Made by a program: the position numbers and the translations under genes | Shown: positions 36,867 through 50,130 of the stretch, one piece after another | Numbering within the stretch: the stretch's first letter is position 1 | Layout: each line of letters starts with the position of its first letter | Notes under the pieces: generated by a model | What the model was told of the DNA's origin: nothing | What the model saw: only the letters and a program-made list of their open reading frames with translations | Databases searched by the model: none | Assembly: GCF_006345805.1 (NCBI RefSeq) | Contig: NC_043004.1 | Coordinates: forward strand, 78,058,001 to 78,122,000 | Length of the DNA: 64,000 nucleotides | Direction: 5' to 3' | Source of the DNA: Octopus sinensis | Taxonomy: Eukaryota

Positions 36867-38822
36867 CATCATCATTTAACATCTGTTGTCTATGCAGGCA
36901 TGGCTTGGACGGTTTGACTGGGCTGGCACACTGGAAGATTGCACCAGGCAACAGTCTGATTTGGCATGGTTTTCTACAGTTGGATGTCCTTCCTAATGCC
37001 AACCACTCTGAGAGTGTAATGGGGTTTTTTTTTGTGCCACTGGCACAGGTACCAATTTGTGTGACCCTGTTATCTGCCAAGACTGTGATTTTGCTTGGCT
37101 TGATGGGTCTTCTTCTCAGCACGACATAATGCTAAAGGTCTTGGTCATTGCCTCTGTGAGGCCCAACACTCGAAAAAACTCAGACACTTTGCCTCTCTGA
37201 GATTCAATGCTTAAACAGTGTTCTTTAAATGCCACTAGCATGGATGCCAGTTACAGAATACCAACATCAGCCTACAATTTTAGAGTACCAACAATAGACT
37301 ACAATTTCATTTGGCCTGATGGGTCCTCTCAAGCAGAGCATATCACCAAAGGTCTCAGTTTTTAGTCATTGCCTCCATGAAGCTTGAAGATCATACCTCA
37401 CCACTTCGTCCCATGTCTTCCTGGGTCTACCTCTACCATAGGTTCCCCCCACAGTTAAAGATCAGTACTTCTTTACACAGCTGTCCTCATCCATATGCAT
37501 CACATGACCATACCAGTGCAATTGTCTTCCTTGCACACCACATCTGATGCCTCTTATGCCTAACTTTTCACTCAAGATGCTTACACTCTGTCAAACATGC
37601 TCACTGTCATTGCACATCCAGTAAAGCATACTGGCTTCATTTCCTTTAAGCCTACACGTCTTTGGCTGTCACAGACCATGTTTCACTGCCATGTAGCATG
37701 GCTGTTTGCACACAGGCATCATACAATCTACCTTTCATTCTGAGAGAGAGGCCTTTGTTGCCAGCAGAGGTAGCAGCTCTCTGAACTTTGCCCAGCCTAA
37801 TCTTATTCTGACAGCTACATTCTTGGAGCATCTACCTCCACTATTAACTTGATCACCTAAATAATGGAAGCTACCTACTACCTCTTGCTTTCCCCCCTGG
37901 CAGTTGATGGAGTCTATTTTCTGCACATTTTCAGCATTTATTGTACCTGTGCATCTTCCACAAACAAAATCTAGTTTCCCTGTTAACCTTCATCTGATAT
38001 TAATTCACCATTTATGAGTCCAAAGCTTACATTGTGTGCACCTTATGGAGTTTCTACCTACACCTTTTCTACAGATTGAGCAGGGCCATTTACTTGAAGG
38101 GATTTGCAATTTGTCTGCCTTCCTACTCTCTAAGACTTTGGTTTTTGCTAGGTTAACTCCAAGGCCCTTCAATTCTAGACCTTGCTTCCACACTTGGAAC
38201 TTCTTCTCTAGTTCTGATAGCAACTCAGCTATAAGAGCAAGGTCATTAATGTAGAGTAACTCCCAGGGGCAGCCTGTCTTATTTTCCTCTGTTATTGCCT
38301 GCAGGACTATGATGAACAAGAGGTGGCTGAGCACCGATCCTTGGTGAACCCCTACTTGTACCCTGAATTCTTTGCTGTACTCATTGCCAATCCTCAGCTT
38401 ACTGGTAACATCCCTGTACATAGCTTGTACAGCTTTCACAAACCACTTATCTATCCCTAGTTTCCCCATTGACCACCAGATAAGGTATTGGGGGACCCTG
38501 TGAAAGGCTTTCTCCAAGTTAACAAAGGCCTAGTACCTTTGGTTTATCTTTGGTTCTGCCTTACCAGAAATATAGCATCATAGGTGCTTCTCCCTGGCAC
38601 AAAACCAAACTGCATCTCATCTAGGCTAACTCTTCCCTTAATTAGTTGGGCTATGACTCTCTCCGTAATTTTAATATTCTGATCCAACAATTCGATACCC
38701 CTGTAGTTATTTCTATCTAATGCGTCACCTTTACTTTTGTAGCTGTTGACTACGATGCTGCTACACCAGTCACTGCGGATCACTCCTTCGTTAACCACCT
38801 GATTTACAATACAGGTTACTAG
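36867..38822 (-). mobile_element. 5'-truncated RTE-clade LINE (RT remnant + 3' UTR + (GAT)n tail)
   Basis: Minus-strand frames give RT motifs (EKAFHRVP, HQGSVLS, LLYINDL = decayed YADD, FHYLGD) and the C-terminal GRPRKTWDEVV. These run into the TTAGGAAGG.CATCCA...CCAA.CCATG module and end in (GAT)n at ~36867. Confidence 0.9.
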
Positions 38823-38828
38823 ACACAT
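37735..38828 (-). pseudogene. Disrupted non-LTR reverse transcriptase (ORF pieces 38544-38828, 38005-38517, 37735-37926)
   Basis: Three ORF-track fragments are colinear pieces of one RT (NYRGIELL, QFGFVPGRS..DAIF; KAF..VP; QGSVLS; YLGD), separated by stops and frameshifts. Confidence 0.88.
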
Positions 38829-40539
38829 ACATATATAGACATATATACATACAGATTATACATACATATATACAGACACACATACATCAACACACATACA
38901 TATTGAACATTTTTCTATGACAATATATTGATAACTAAATAGTTATTGTGGTGTGTATGTGTGTGTGTTGCACACTACTTCTACACAGCAGCATATTGGT
39001 AATTAAATATAGCAACTACATATTCGCAATCCTGTTACATAATAGCTGGGTTTTTTCATTTTTTAATTTTATTTGGTTTTACTAAAATCTATTTCTACTT
39101 TTGAAGAAATTTTGAACATAGATTATGACATTTAAGCATGAAAATGGCTACTGTTGGTCTCAAAATAACTCCTCAATCAGCTTTCATTTATCTTTAGTTT
39201 ATATAATACATAATTGGACAGACAGGTAAGTTTTGGAATACAGGTAAAGCATCCAGGTAGTGGAATGGTAGAGCCACCAGGAAATAGAACAAAATGTCTA
39301 GCAGAATTTAATTATGGCATTTTGAACCTGAAACCATGTGGTTAGAAATAATTCTCAACAACACTCTCATGATTGCAGCTGGTTCAAATTCCAGTGGTAT
39401 CAAATTTACCTTTCGTCCTTCCGGGGTTAATAAAATAAAGAACCATTTAAGTGCAGGGGTCTGATTTTTTTTCCTCTTTCATGCATCGTATATCAGAATG
39501 GAATTAGGCATTGTTGGTTAGTTTTTAATTCTAAACACAAATCCTTTAATACACGCAGTGGAAACTAAACCAAAAAGATTTCATACTTTGCCTTGTGCAG
39601 TCTCTCTAATTCAAGGGTGGCTGTGGGGGTCAAAAGGTTCGGTTTGTAAGCACATGTTTTCAGGTTCCATCTCAGTACATGGCACTTTGGTCAAGTGTCT
39701 TCAACTACAGTTTCAGGTTGACCAGTGCCTTGTGAGTGAAATTAGTATATGGAGACTGTATGGAAGCCTGTCATGTGTATGTGTGTGTGTGTGTATGCAT
39801 AGCTGTGTGAGTATGATAAAGAGAGTGTGTGTGTGTGTGCATATAAAAGTTTGTGTTTGCATGTGTGTGTGAGAGAGAGAGAGAGCATGTGTGCATGCAT
39901 ATGAAAGAGAGTGTATGTGTGTGTGTACATGTATGTGAGAGAATGTGCATGTGTGTGTGTATAAATGTTTATTGCTGTATAAGGTTTGCACTGATGGTAT
40001 GTAGAGCAGCAATGGAGAGAGGAGGAGTTGGTCCATGTCTGCTGTACACAATACAGGGTGGTGGGAGGGGAGGGTCAATGGTTTTTGACATCTGAAGACT
40101 AATGAAATAAAAGGACAGAACTTGAGACAAAAAGAAACAAATCAGGATGTGAGGAAAGAGATCGGGAGAGAAAAGAGAGCCTTGAGCAAGTCTCTTCTGA
40201 CCCATGCTAGCATGGAAAAACAACACAGAATTGAAATAGGGATGACAACAATGATGATAGCAATGATAAACTGATGGTGACGATGGCAACAATGGTAATG
40301 ATGATTCTAGCGATGACAAAAACAATGAAGACGATGGTGATGATGCTGACAAAGATTACGATAATGATGATACTGATGAGAACGATGATGATGATGACTT
40401 CATCAACATAAGGCAGCAATATGATTTTTTTTTTCTTTTACATAGATCAGTCATTGGCATCAGAGTAATGGTAAATACCACACTCTAAGCATTTAGACTG
40501 AGCTTTAATATTCGATACTCACAGCACCAAGAAATTACC

Positions 40540-40750
40540 TATTTCTTTACTACCCACAAGGGGCTAAACACAGAGGGGACAAACAAGGACAGACAAACGG
40601 ATTAAGTCAATTACATCGACCCCAGTGCGTAACTGGTACTTATTTAATCGACCCCGAAAGGATGAAAGGCAAAGTCAACCTTGGCGGAATTTGAACTCAG
40701 AACGTAACAGTAGACAAAATACCGCCAAGCATTTCGTCCGGCGTGCTAAC
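40540..40750 (-). mobile_element. SINE D, tail type 1
   Basis: Reverse-complement match. Confidence 0.85.
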
Positions 40751-40895
40751 AATACCTACAAATAACTCAGTGACTCTTCAGCTTGGTAGCAATATGATTC
40801 ATTCTAAGAATGCCATTGTAGAACATCTCACTACAAGATTCTATATCGACAGTACTCAGCCTCACGACTGCAATCCTTAAGTATCATCATCAAGA

Positions 40896-41145
40896 CGATC
40901 ACCATCGTTTAACGCCTATTTTCCATGCTGGTATGGGTTGGATGGCTTGACTGAGTTTCGGAGAGCCAGCATCTACATCAGGCTCCACTCTGATCTGGTA
41001 GTGTTTTTACAGCTGGATGCCCTTCCTAATGCCAACCACTCCGAGAGTGTAGTAGGTGCTTTTTATGTGCTACCAGCACAGGAGCCAGTCATGCGGGCCT
41101 GGCATCAATCACATTCGGCTAGTACTTTTACGTGCCATCTAATCT
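40896..41145 (-). mobile_element. RTE 3'-tail copy
   Basis: Same tail module in reverse orientation. Confidence 0.75.
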
Positions 41146-41746
41146 AAGTTGTTTTCGATGATTTACATGTAAACACAGTGTTTATGACTAAAAGACAGTC
41201 TGTAAATATAAAATCTAGAGAATATAATTACTTTCCATTCTATAGAAAAAGGTTGATAAGTAATTTTATTCTGAATTTATAGAATGAACCATCAAATTTT
41301 AAACCTAGTGTTTGGTGCACTTGATGAATGTCAGTGCTTTTTAGATGGACATAATTCCAACAGGGATATGAAAAAAATATTTTGCAGATGAGAAAATATA
41401 AAAGAGAGAAAATGAACTTCTCCGAAAGGATCCTTCACTGCAGTATACCGGTGCGACATTGCATCAATCAATGAAGCAGAAAAGAAATCTGATGGAACTT
41501 GTAATAAATGGTGTTACCAAAGTTTTATCATAACAGACAGACTGAATAAAAAGCAAAAATGGAGATGGAACTTTCTTCCTATACAACAGGAGAGGAAATA
41601 TTATTATCAAAAAACATAATAATAAAGATTATGTAAACAAGATAGAAAAAAAAGGATCAGGTATAAATAGGAAAAAAAAATTACTGATGAAATAGATATA
41701 AATAAGTTAATGAGATTCCTAAATTGTGTTTACAAACTGCACTTAC

Positions 41747-41775
41747 GATAGTCACTGTTCACTGCACATTTCGAA
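41747..41775 (-). other. Candidate micro-exon (29 bp), unverified
   Basis: tttttcttatcag|...|ATCgtaagt. Confidence 0.13.
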
Positions 41776-41906
41776 CTGATAAGAAAAAATTTTTTTCAGA
41801 TATGGATGGGGTTGGAATTAGTTGTATATTGTCCTGGCGCTGCTTTCTATCCAATGTTTGTTTGGGGTTTAGCAGAGGACATTGAAACACAAATATAGAT
41901 AATAAG

Positions 41907-42272
41907 TGTAGGTGTGGCTGTGTGTTAAGAAATTTGCTTCCCAACCACATGGTTCCAGGTTCAGTCCCACTGCATGGCACCTTGGGCAAGTGTCTTTTAT
42001 TATAGACTTGGGCCAACCAAAGCCTTGTAAGTGAATTTGTTAGACAGAAAATGAAAGAAGCCCGTCATATATGTGTGTGTGTGTATTGCTTGACAACCAG
42101 TGTTGGTGTGTTTATGTCCCTGTAACTTAGCAGTTTGTTGAAAGAGACTGATAGAATAAGTACTAGGCTTTAAAAGAAAAAATACTGGGGTCAATTCATT
42201 TAACTAAAAGTTCTTCAAGGTGGTGCCCCAGCATGGCCAGAGTCTAATAACTGAAACAAGTAAAAGATAGAA
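41907..42272 (+). mobile_element. SINE B
   Basis: Full head-to-tail match. Confidence 0.8.
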
Positions 42273-42543
42273 TATAACAGCTCTGAATGACAAATTTTAA
42301 CTCTTTTGATGCCATCCAGTCTGAGACTGTCCTTGGTTCTATGATAGAAACTTTCTGTTCGAAATCAAAATGACCTGACCAACAAACCAAAATTTCATCT
42401 TAATAATAATAAAATTATTTTAATAAATGCTTATTATAAAAATTAATTGAAACAAAGAATGCGTTTTAAGAGAAATATTGTACTCTGAATAAAAAACTTC
42501 CATCAAAATTTCATGTAAAATTATGTTTCAAACATCACCTTAA

Positions 42544-42764
42544 CCCTTTTGATACCAATCCGGCTGAAACCGACTCTGGCTCTGTTCTACAAAGGTCTTG
42601 TTTGCATAAGTTCTGAATTAAAATCTTCCACCAAACCTTACTCACAATTTATGTTCCTAACACTAGCTGAATGATAAATAAGTTATTTCACCAAATTCTT
42701 TGTTATATTCAAAATAATTGAAAGAAACACAGAGCATCTCAACAGAAATACAGTAATGAAAGGG
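42544..42764. mobile_element. MITE M1, opposite orientation
   Basis: TTAA|CCCTTTTGATACC ... AGTAATGAAAGGG|TTAA. Confidence 0.8.
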
Positions 42765-43311
42765 TTAATAATGACAGTTATTTGACTAAATTTTTCATTA
42801 ATTTAAAAATTACCTGAAACAAATGCAGTGTCTTTCAATAGAAATTTAGTAAGAAAAGGGCTAACCCTTTTGATATCAATCTGCCTGAGACAGGCCCTTG
42901 TTTTTAGCTAGAACTAAGATGACTAAAAATAAAACAAATAATAATAAAAAGGATATTTCCTTGATCAGTTGGTGTGCAGAAGAGCAGTTATATGAAATAC
43001 TAGTAAGAAAAATGCAGGAACTGAATAAGGAAATCTATTTTATCAGTAAATGGAAATGGTAAAACAAAGTTCCATTCTTAGCCTCAAGCTAACATTATCA
43101 CATTTTCTACTGGTGTGGGTTGTATGGTTAAGACATTCATTTCCTAACCAGAAGGGTCTGGTTTCAGTCTGTGTGGCACTTTGAACAAGTGTCTTTTACT
43201 ATAGCTCTGGGTTTGGCCAATAGATTGTGAGTGAATTTAGTAGAGAGAAACTGAAGAGAAGCCTATCACACACACAATCTCACAAATGCCACACATATAT
43301 CATCAGCAGCA

Positions 43312-43692
43312 GTGGAGGCGCAATGGCCCAGTGGTTAGGGCAGCAGACTCGCGGTCGGATGATCGCGATTTCGATTCCCAGACCGGGCATTGTGTGTGTT
43401 TATTGAGCAAAAACACCTAAAGCTCCACTAGGCTCCGGCAGGGGGTGGTGGCGACCCCTGTTGTACTCTTTCGCTCCAACTTTCTCTCACTCTTTCTTCC
43501 TGTTTCTTGTCCCCGAATTCCTACGCAACCGCTGAGCCTGGATGTGCATTCATCCATCCGTCGATGCTCTCGGTGTCAGGGGTTGACCTGCGTTCTTTTC
43601 TGCTGGTCTTACGAATAGCAAAGGACCACGTTTTGGACTTCTCCCACTAATGGGATGAAGACCACTTCGCTCAACAAACAAACAAACAAACA
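43312..43692 (+). mobile_element. SINE C
   Basis: GTGGAGGCGCAATGGCCCAGTGGTTAGGGC...TTTCGATTCCCAGACC...CTCAACAAACAAACAAAC. Confidence 0.88.
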
Positions 43693-45075
43693 AGCTGCAA
43701 CAGCAATTTAACATTCATATTCTGTGTTGGCAAGGATTGGATGGTTTGACAGGATCCAATGGGTTCAAGAACTGCATCATGTTCCACTGTTTGCTCTTTG
43801 GTATGTATGCACAGGGGTGCACATCTGTGCATGTGTGGTGCATGCATGTTTCTCCTCTTTACACCATATCATGTCTGGCCATAGAAAAATGTTACCTTGA
43901 TTGAAAACAGGCGAGGGCAGACGACCATAGAAAATCTACCTCAATGAATTCCGTCCATCCCATGCAAGCTATGGAAAAGCTATGGACTTTAAAACAATGA
44001 TGATGATGATGATGTTATGGCATACTTTACAAATATACCAAAGTTAAAGAACATAGATTCCTTCCCAGTGAAACAGAAGGAAAATTGGGCACAGCAACAA
44101 CAACAACAACATTGCATCAGAGAAATTCCACAACCTTTTCTTTCCATTCACACACACGCACACACTCACATTATTTCAATTATTTTAATGTTTTTCCATT
44201 CACCCCTTTGTTATCATATTTCTGTAGACATAAACAGTCATTGTTTCAAAGAGTTTATTTAAAATAATAAAGAATCCACTAAAGTAAACTTTGTTGTCAT
44301 TAATTGATATTTGGAAAAGGAATTAACACGAAATTAGGATGGAAAGGTTTCTATTCAGGTCACTTTAAAACAGGAAGTTTATATCACACAACCAGGGTAA
44401 TTCTCTGTTTGGTTGGTATCAAAAGGGTTGACCCTTTTGGTACCATATTTCTATAGATATTAACTGCCTTTATTTCAATTAATTTTTAGAATAATCAACA
44501 ATTTAGTAAAATAACTTTAACCTTATTAAGATGGTTTTTGGAACTTAAATTAACATGAAATTTTGATAGGTTTTAATTCAGATCCCTTTAACACTTTCTA
44601 TTGAAATATACAGCCTGTGTTTCAATTAATTTTTAAAATAATGAAGAATTTAGTAAAATAACATTATTATCATTTTTATGGGCTTCTTTCAGGTTCCATC
44701 TATAAAATCAACTTGCACAGGGCTATAGTGGAAACCACTTGCACAAGGTGCCGTACAGTGGAATTGAACCCAGAATCATTAGGAAACAATCTTCTTAACC
44801 ACATCAAAGTTACAAAGTGACTCAAGGGCCAACAGTTTCATATATGGCACTTTTCAAACTCCTTCAAAGTCTGCGACTCTACTTTTGTGCAAACTGATTT
44901 ATAATGAACTCTAGATAATGTATACATCATTCATTTAGCCCTCCAATTATTAGCCAACCTAGACAAAAGCAAATTCCTAGATTTTGAAATGGTTTGTTAA
45001 GTGCAGTGTATGAAACTCAGCCCCCTCCCCCCCAAAAAAGAAACCATACAATCGCTTTCCTTTCTATTAATCCTG

Positions 45076-45168
<93 letters not shown>

Positions 45169-45814
45169 TGGATGGGTGGGTTTAGGTAGATAGATAGGCA
45201 TTACAATTTCAGATCCTTAAAATTTCAGACAGTAGTGAAACCACAACGACCAATCCTTTAAAAGCCTGAAAGCTGATGCTTCTCCCAAACATTGGTATTC
45301 GATAGAATAAGACTCCATGAAGACTCTGATTTCAACAGATGTTTATTTAACTTGACATATTCTTGCTTTGAGACAAGGGAAGTCATTGTAATATTCTGCA
45401 TTTACTAAGAACAATGTGCCATTAATAAAGTGAACAAAAGCAACTCAATGCTCTTGGAATCTTGGCCAATGTTTTGATAGAAGCTAATTTCAGAAATAAT
45501 GAACACCAGTGCACTTACAGAGTTAAGATTCAACAATGGTTGTTGCTAATAAAATTCTGAAGCTTTTGTATTTTTTGCTGTTGTTTTAGTAAGAACAAGT
45601 TATAGTTTTCAGAAGGAAGAGTTAGAATCTTTCAACAACAATTATTTTGTAGCTACAATGCACATTAAGAAGTATAGTGTGTTAAGCTGACATTCAGCTT
45701 CTCTGCCGCCATGGTGCTAGGCTACCATTTTCATTGCAGTAGTAGTTTCTTCCATTGCTGTCATTGGTGATGCCTAAAGCAGATCCTTAAACACTATTTT
45801 GGAGCAATTTCATC

Positions 45815-46310
45815 CATCATCATCATCATCGTTTAACCCTTTCGTTACCGTATTTATTTTGAGATGCTGTGTTTCTTTCAATTATTTCAGATATAACAAA
45901 GAATTTAATAAAATAACCTCGTTATCATTAAGCTAGTGTTAGGAACATAAACTGTGACTAAGGTTTGGTGGAAGATTTTAATCCAAAATTTATGAAAACA
46001 AGACATTTGTCCTACAGAGCCGGTCTCAGCCGGGTTGGTAGCGAAAGGGTCAACATCCGCTTTCCATGCTAGCATGGGTTGGACGATTTTGACTGAGGGC
46101 TGGTGAACCAGACAGCCGCATCAGGCTCCAATCTTGATCTGGCAGAGTTTCTACAGCTGGATGCCCTTCCTAACGCCAACCACTCCGGAAGTGTAGTGGG
46201 TGCTTTTTACGTGCTACTGGCACGGGGCCAGTCAGGCAGTACTGGCAATGACCTCACTCAAATCTTTTTACACGTGCCACCGACACAGGTGCCAGTAAGG
46301 CGACGTTGGT
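45815..46310 (-). mobile_element. RTE 3'-tail copy interrupted by a TTAA MITE
   Basis: (CAT)n GTTTAA | MITE 45837-46049 | TCAACATCCGCTTTCCATGCTAGC... continues the tail. Confidence 0.85.
45837..46049. mobile_element. TTAA-flanked MITE (piggyBac-like termini), family M1
   Basis: TTAA|CCCTTTCGTTACC ... GGTAGCGAAAGGG|TCAA. Confidence 0.8.
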
Positions 46311-46427
46311 GTTATATATATTTTGTTTTCCCCTAATGGCTAAGTCAGATAAGGAAGGGCAGTACCTACAACTCTTTTTAGGGCCTTCAAGACTAAGGGG
46401 AGGGGTGTAGGAGAGATTGTCTTCATA

Positions 46428-46830
46428 GGTGCAGGTGTGGCAGGGTGGTAAGAAGTTTGTTTTTCAACCACATGCTTCCAGGTTCAGTCCTATTGTGTGG
46501 TACCTTGGGCAAGTGCTTTTTATTCTGCTATAGCCTTGGTCCAAACAAAGTCTTGTGAGTGGATTTGGTACACAGAAACTGAAAGAAGCTCATGGATATA
46601 TTATGTGTCTTTTTATTTGTGCCTCTCCATCACCACAGCTTGACAACCAGTGTTGGCATGTTTACATCCTCATAACATAGTGATTTGGCTATAGAGACTG
46701 ATAAAATAAATACCAGTCTTAAACAGAAAATAAGTGCTGTAGTCAATTTGTTCAACTAAAATTCTTCAAGGCGGTGCTGTATCATGGCTACAGTCTAATA
46801 ACTGTAACATGGAAAAGATAAAAGATACGT
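46428..46830 (+). mobile_element. SINE B (diverged)
   Basis: Full head-to-tail match. Confidence 0.7.
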
Positions 46831-46907
46831 GACCCAAATACTTGCAACAGAAGGGATTCCCTGAGGTACACTCAAAGGTCAGGTGGGAAATGGAGTGATT
46901 CTCTTAC

Positions 46908-46952
46908 CTGTGTCTCCCTTTCATGGCCGGACTTATGGTCAAACATTCTTGC
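46908..46952 (-). other. Candidate exon (45 bp), unverified
   Basis: gttcccctcttag|...|CAGgtaaga; open as ARMFDHKSGHERETQ. Confidence 0.18.
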
Positions 46953-47292
46953 CTAAGAGGGGAACATTCAAAACAACAAAGTTACAACGCTAACTTTGTA
47001 ACCACAGCCATACCTAGACCCATAAGTGTAAACATCACATCCTGCTACCTAGTGAGTGGATTTGGCAAATGGAAACTGAAAGAAGCTCAGTGTATGTATG
47101 TGTTGCATTATTTTACTCTTTGCCTGCCACCAAGCCTCATATGTGTACTTATCCTGCACTGCTTATGTTAACTCACTCTGTTGCTCTTTTACTCTCTCCT
47201 TTCCTTTTCTCTATATAATGTAAAGCATGACTTAGAGAAATTAATTAATCAATCAACATTTACAGTGGTTATTATTGTTATTATTATTATTA

Positions 47293-47985
47293 GGGCAGTG
47301 AGCTGATTGTGGCATTTTGTCGGTCCTTACATTCTGAGTTCAAATTCTGCTGAGGTTGACTTGGCCTTTCATCCTTTCACAATTGATAAAATAAGTACCA
47401 GTTGTACACTGGGATCAATGTAATCAACTTAGCCCCTCCCTCAAACCTGCAGGCCTTCCACCAACATTTAAAAACCATTGACATTATTATTATTATTATT
47501 ATTATTATTGTTAAGGCAGCAAGCTGGCAGAGTCATTAGCACACTGGGCAAAATGCTTTGAGTTATTTCTCCTGTCTTTACATTCTGAGTTCAAATTCTG
47601 CTGAGGCCGACTTTGCCTTTCATCCTTTCGGAGGTCAATAAAGTAAGTACCAGTTATGCACTGGGGTCAATGTAATTGATTTGATCTCTTCCCCAAAAAT
47701 TTCAGGCCTTGTACCTATGGCAAAAAGGATTATTATTATTATTATTATTATTACCATTCCTACAAAAGCAGTAAGATGGCAGAGGCATTAGCACATGGGG
47801 TAATATTCCTAGGAGCCTTTCATCTGTCTTTAAGTTCCAAGTTCAAATTCCACCAAGGTTGACTTTGCCCCTTACATCCCATTTGGAGTCAATAGAATAA
47901 GTACCAGCTGAGCACTGGGGTTGATATAATCAACTTTACCCTCCCCTCAAAAACTGTTGACCCTGTGCTTAAATCTGAAATCATT
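47293..47985 (+). mobile_element. Three head-to-tail SINE D (tail 2) copies separated by (ATT)n
   Basis: Copies start at ~47293, ~47514 and ~47766. Confidence 0.8.
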
Positions 47986-48019
47986 ATTATTATTATTATT
48001 ACTATTATTATTATTATTA

Positions 48020-48365
48020 TCATCATCATCCATTTTCCATGCTGGTATGGGTTGGACAGTTTGACTGGGGTCTGGAAAGCCAGGAGGCTGCACCAGGCTC
48101 CAATCTGATCTGGCAAGGTTTCTACAGCTGGATGCCCTTCTTAACACCAACCACTCCGAGAGTGTAGTGGGTGCCTTTTACATGCCACCAGCACAGGAGC
48201 CAGTCAGGCAGCACTGGCATCGGCCATGCTCAAATGGTGCTTTTTACATGCCACCAGCAAGGGAGCCAGTCAGTGGGTACTGGTATTGGCTACATTTGGA
48301 TGGTGCTTTTTACATGCCACTGGCACAGGAGCTGGTCAGAGCATGTGCCACCAATGCCTGACTGG
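48020..48365 (-). mobile_element. RTE 3'-tail copy with tandem units
   Basis: Tail module plus three TTTTACATGCCAC...GGAGCCAGTCAG units. Confidence 0.8.
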
Positions 48366-48933
48366 CTATCATATTATTATTATTATTATTATTATCATCA
48401 TTATTATTATTATATGAACTTAGGTGTTGAGAGTGAAGCATGTTGGCCTTGGCTACACATCAATACTAATGATGATACATCTACCCCACTGCCGCCAGCT
48501 GGTTCTCAGTAAATACACACACAGAGTCAGTCACACCAATAGAGGAACAGCAATGTGGTCACTTGATCAGCAAGAAATAACAGCCAAATATCCCTCAAAT
48601 GACACCTTATCATCTTAAATATAGACAGTACACACTAAATAGCATAGCTCCACACACCTGTTAAAATACAGGATGAGCATATGCAGATGATGATCATTTA
48701 CCATAAGTCTACTTGCTGGGAGTTGGCCTAGGGTTAAACAACAACAACAACAAAAGATCAAATTTGCCGAAACCTTCACAGCTAACAAAAAAGTCTAACA
48801 AAAAATAAATCCTTATTATCATTATTGTTGTTAGTTGTAGTAGACAATTGGCAGTTATTAAGACGAGAATACTTGTTGCAATTATGTTCACTAATATATA
48901 TAAAACCATTAGAATAATTACTGAAGTGGCACC

Positions 48934-48964
48934 GACAGACAGACAGATAGATATAGACAGACAG

Positions 48965-48995
<31 letters not shown>

Positions 48996-49027
48996 GCTAG
49001 ATAGATAGACAGACAGACAGACAGAGC

Positions 49028-49126
<99 letters not shown>

Positions 49127-49233
49127 AGACAGACAGACAGATAGATAGATATAGATAGACAGACAGATATTAGATAGATAGATAGACAGACAGACAGATA
49201 TTTAGATAGATAGATAGACAGACAGACAGATAT

Positions 49234-49265
<32 letters not shown>

Positions 49266-49500
49266 TATTTAGATAGATAGATAGATAGATAGACAGACAG
49301 ATATTTAGATAAATAGATAGATAGACAGACAGATATTTAGATAAATAGATAGATAGATAGACAGACAGACAGATATTTAGATAAATAGATAGATAGATAG
49401 ACAGACAGATATTTAGATAAATAGATAGATAGATAGATAGACAGACAGATATTTAGATAAATAGATAGATAGATAGACAGACAGACAGATATTTAGATAA

Positions 49501-49531
<31 letters not shown>

Positions 49532-49579
49532 TAGACAGACAGACAGAGCTAGATAGATAGACAGACAGACAGACAGAGC

Positions 49580-49635
<56 letters not shown>

Positions 49636-49662
49636 GATAGATAGATAGATAGATAGATAGAT

Positions 49663-49695
<33 letters not shown>

Positions 49696-49795
49696 AGATA
49701 TAGACAGACAGACAGATAGATATAGATAGACAGACAGATATTTAGATAGATAGATAGACAGACAGATATTTAGATAGATAGATAGACAGACAGAC

Positions 49796-49826
<31 letters not shown>

Positions 49827-50098
49827 TATTTAGATAGATAGATAGACAGACAGACAGATATTTAGATAGATAGATAGATAGATAGACAGACAGATATTTA
49901 GATAAATAGATAGATAGACAGACAGATATTTAGATAAATAGATAGATAGATAGACAGACAGACAGATATTTAGATAAATAGATAGATAGATAGACAGACA
50001 GATATTTAGATAAATAGATAGATAGATAGACAGACAGACAGATATTTAGATAAATAGATAGATAGATAGACAGACAGACAGATATTTAGATAAATAGA

Positions 50099-50130
<32 letters not shown>

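Noticed and set aside
43312-43395. tRNA-like sequences at SINE heads (families B-F)
   Set aside because: A/B boxes are present but there is no complete acceptor stem, and each continues into a SINE body; not tRNA genes.
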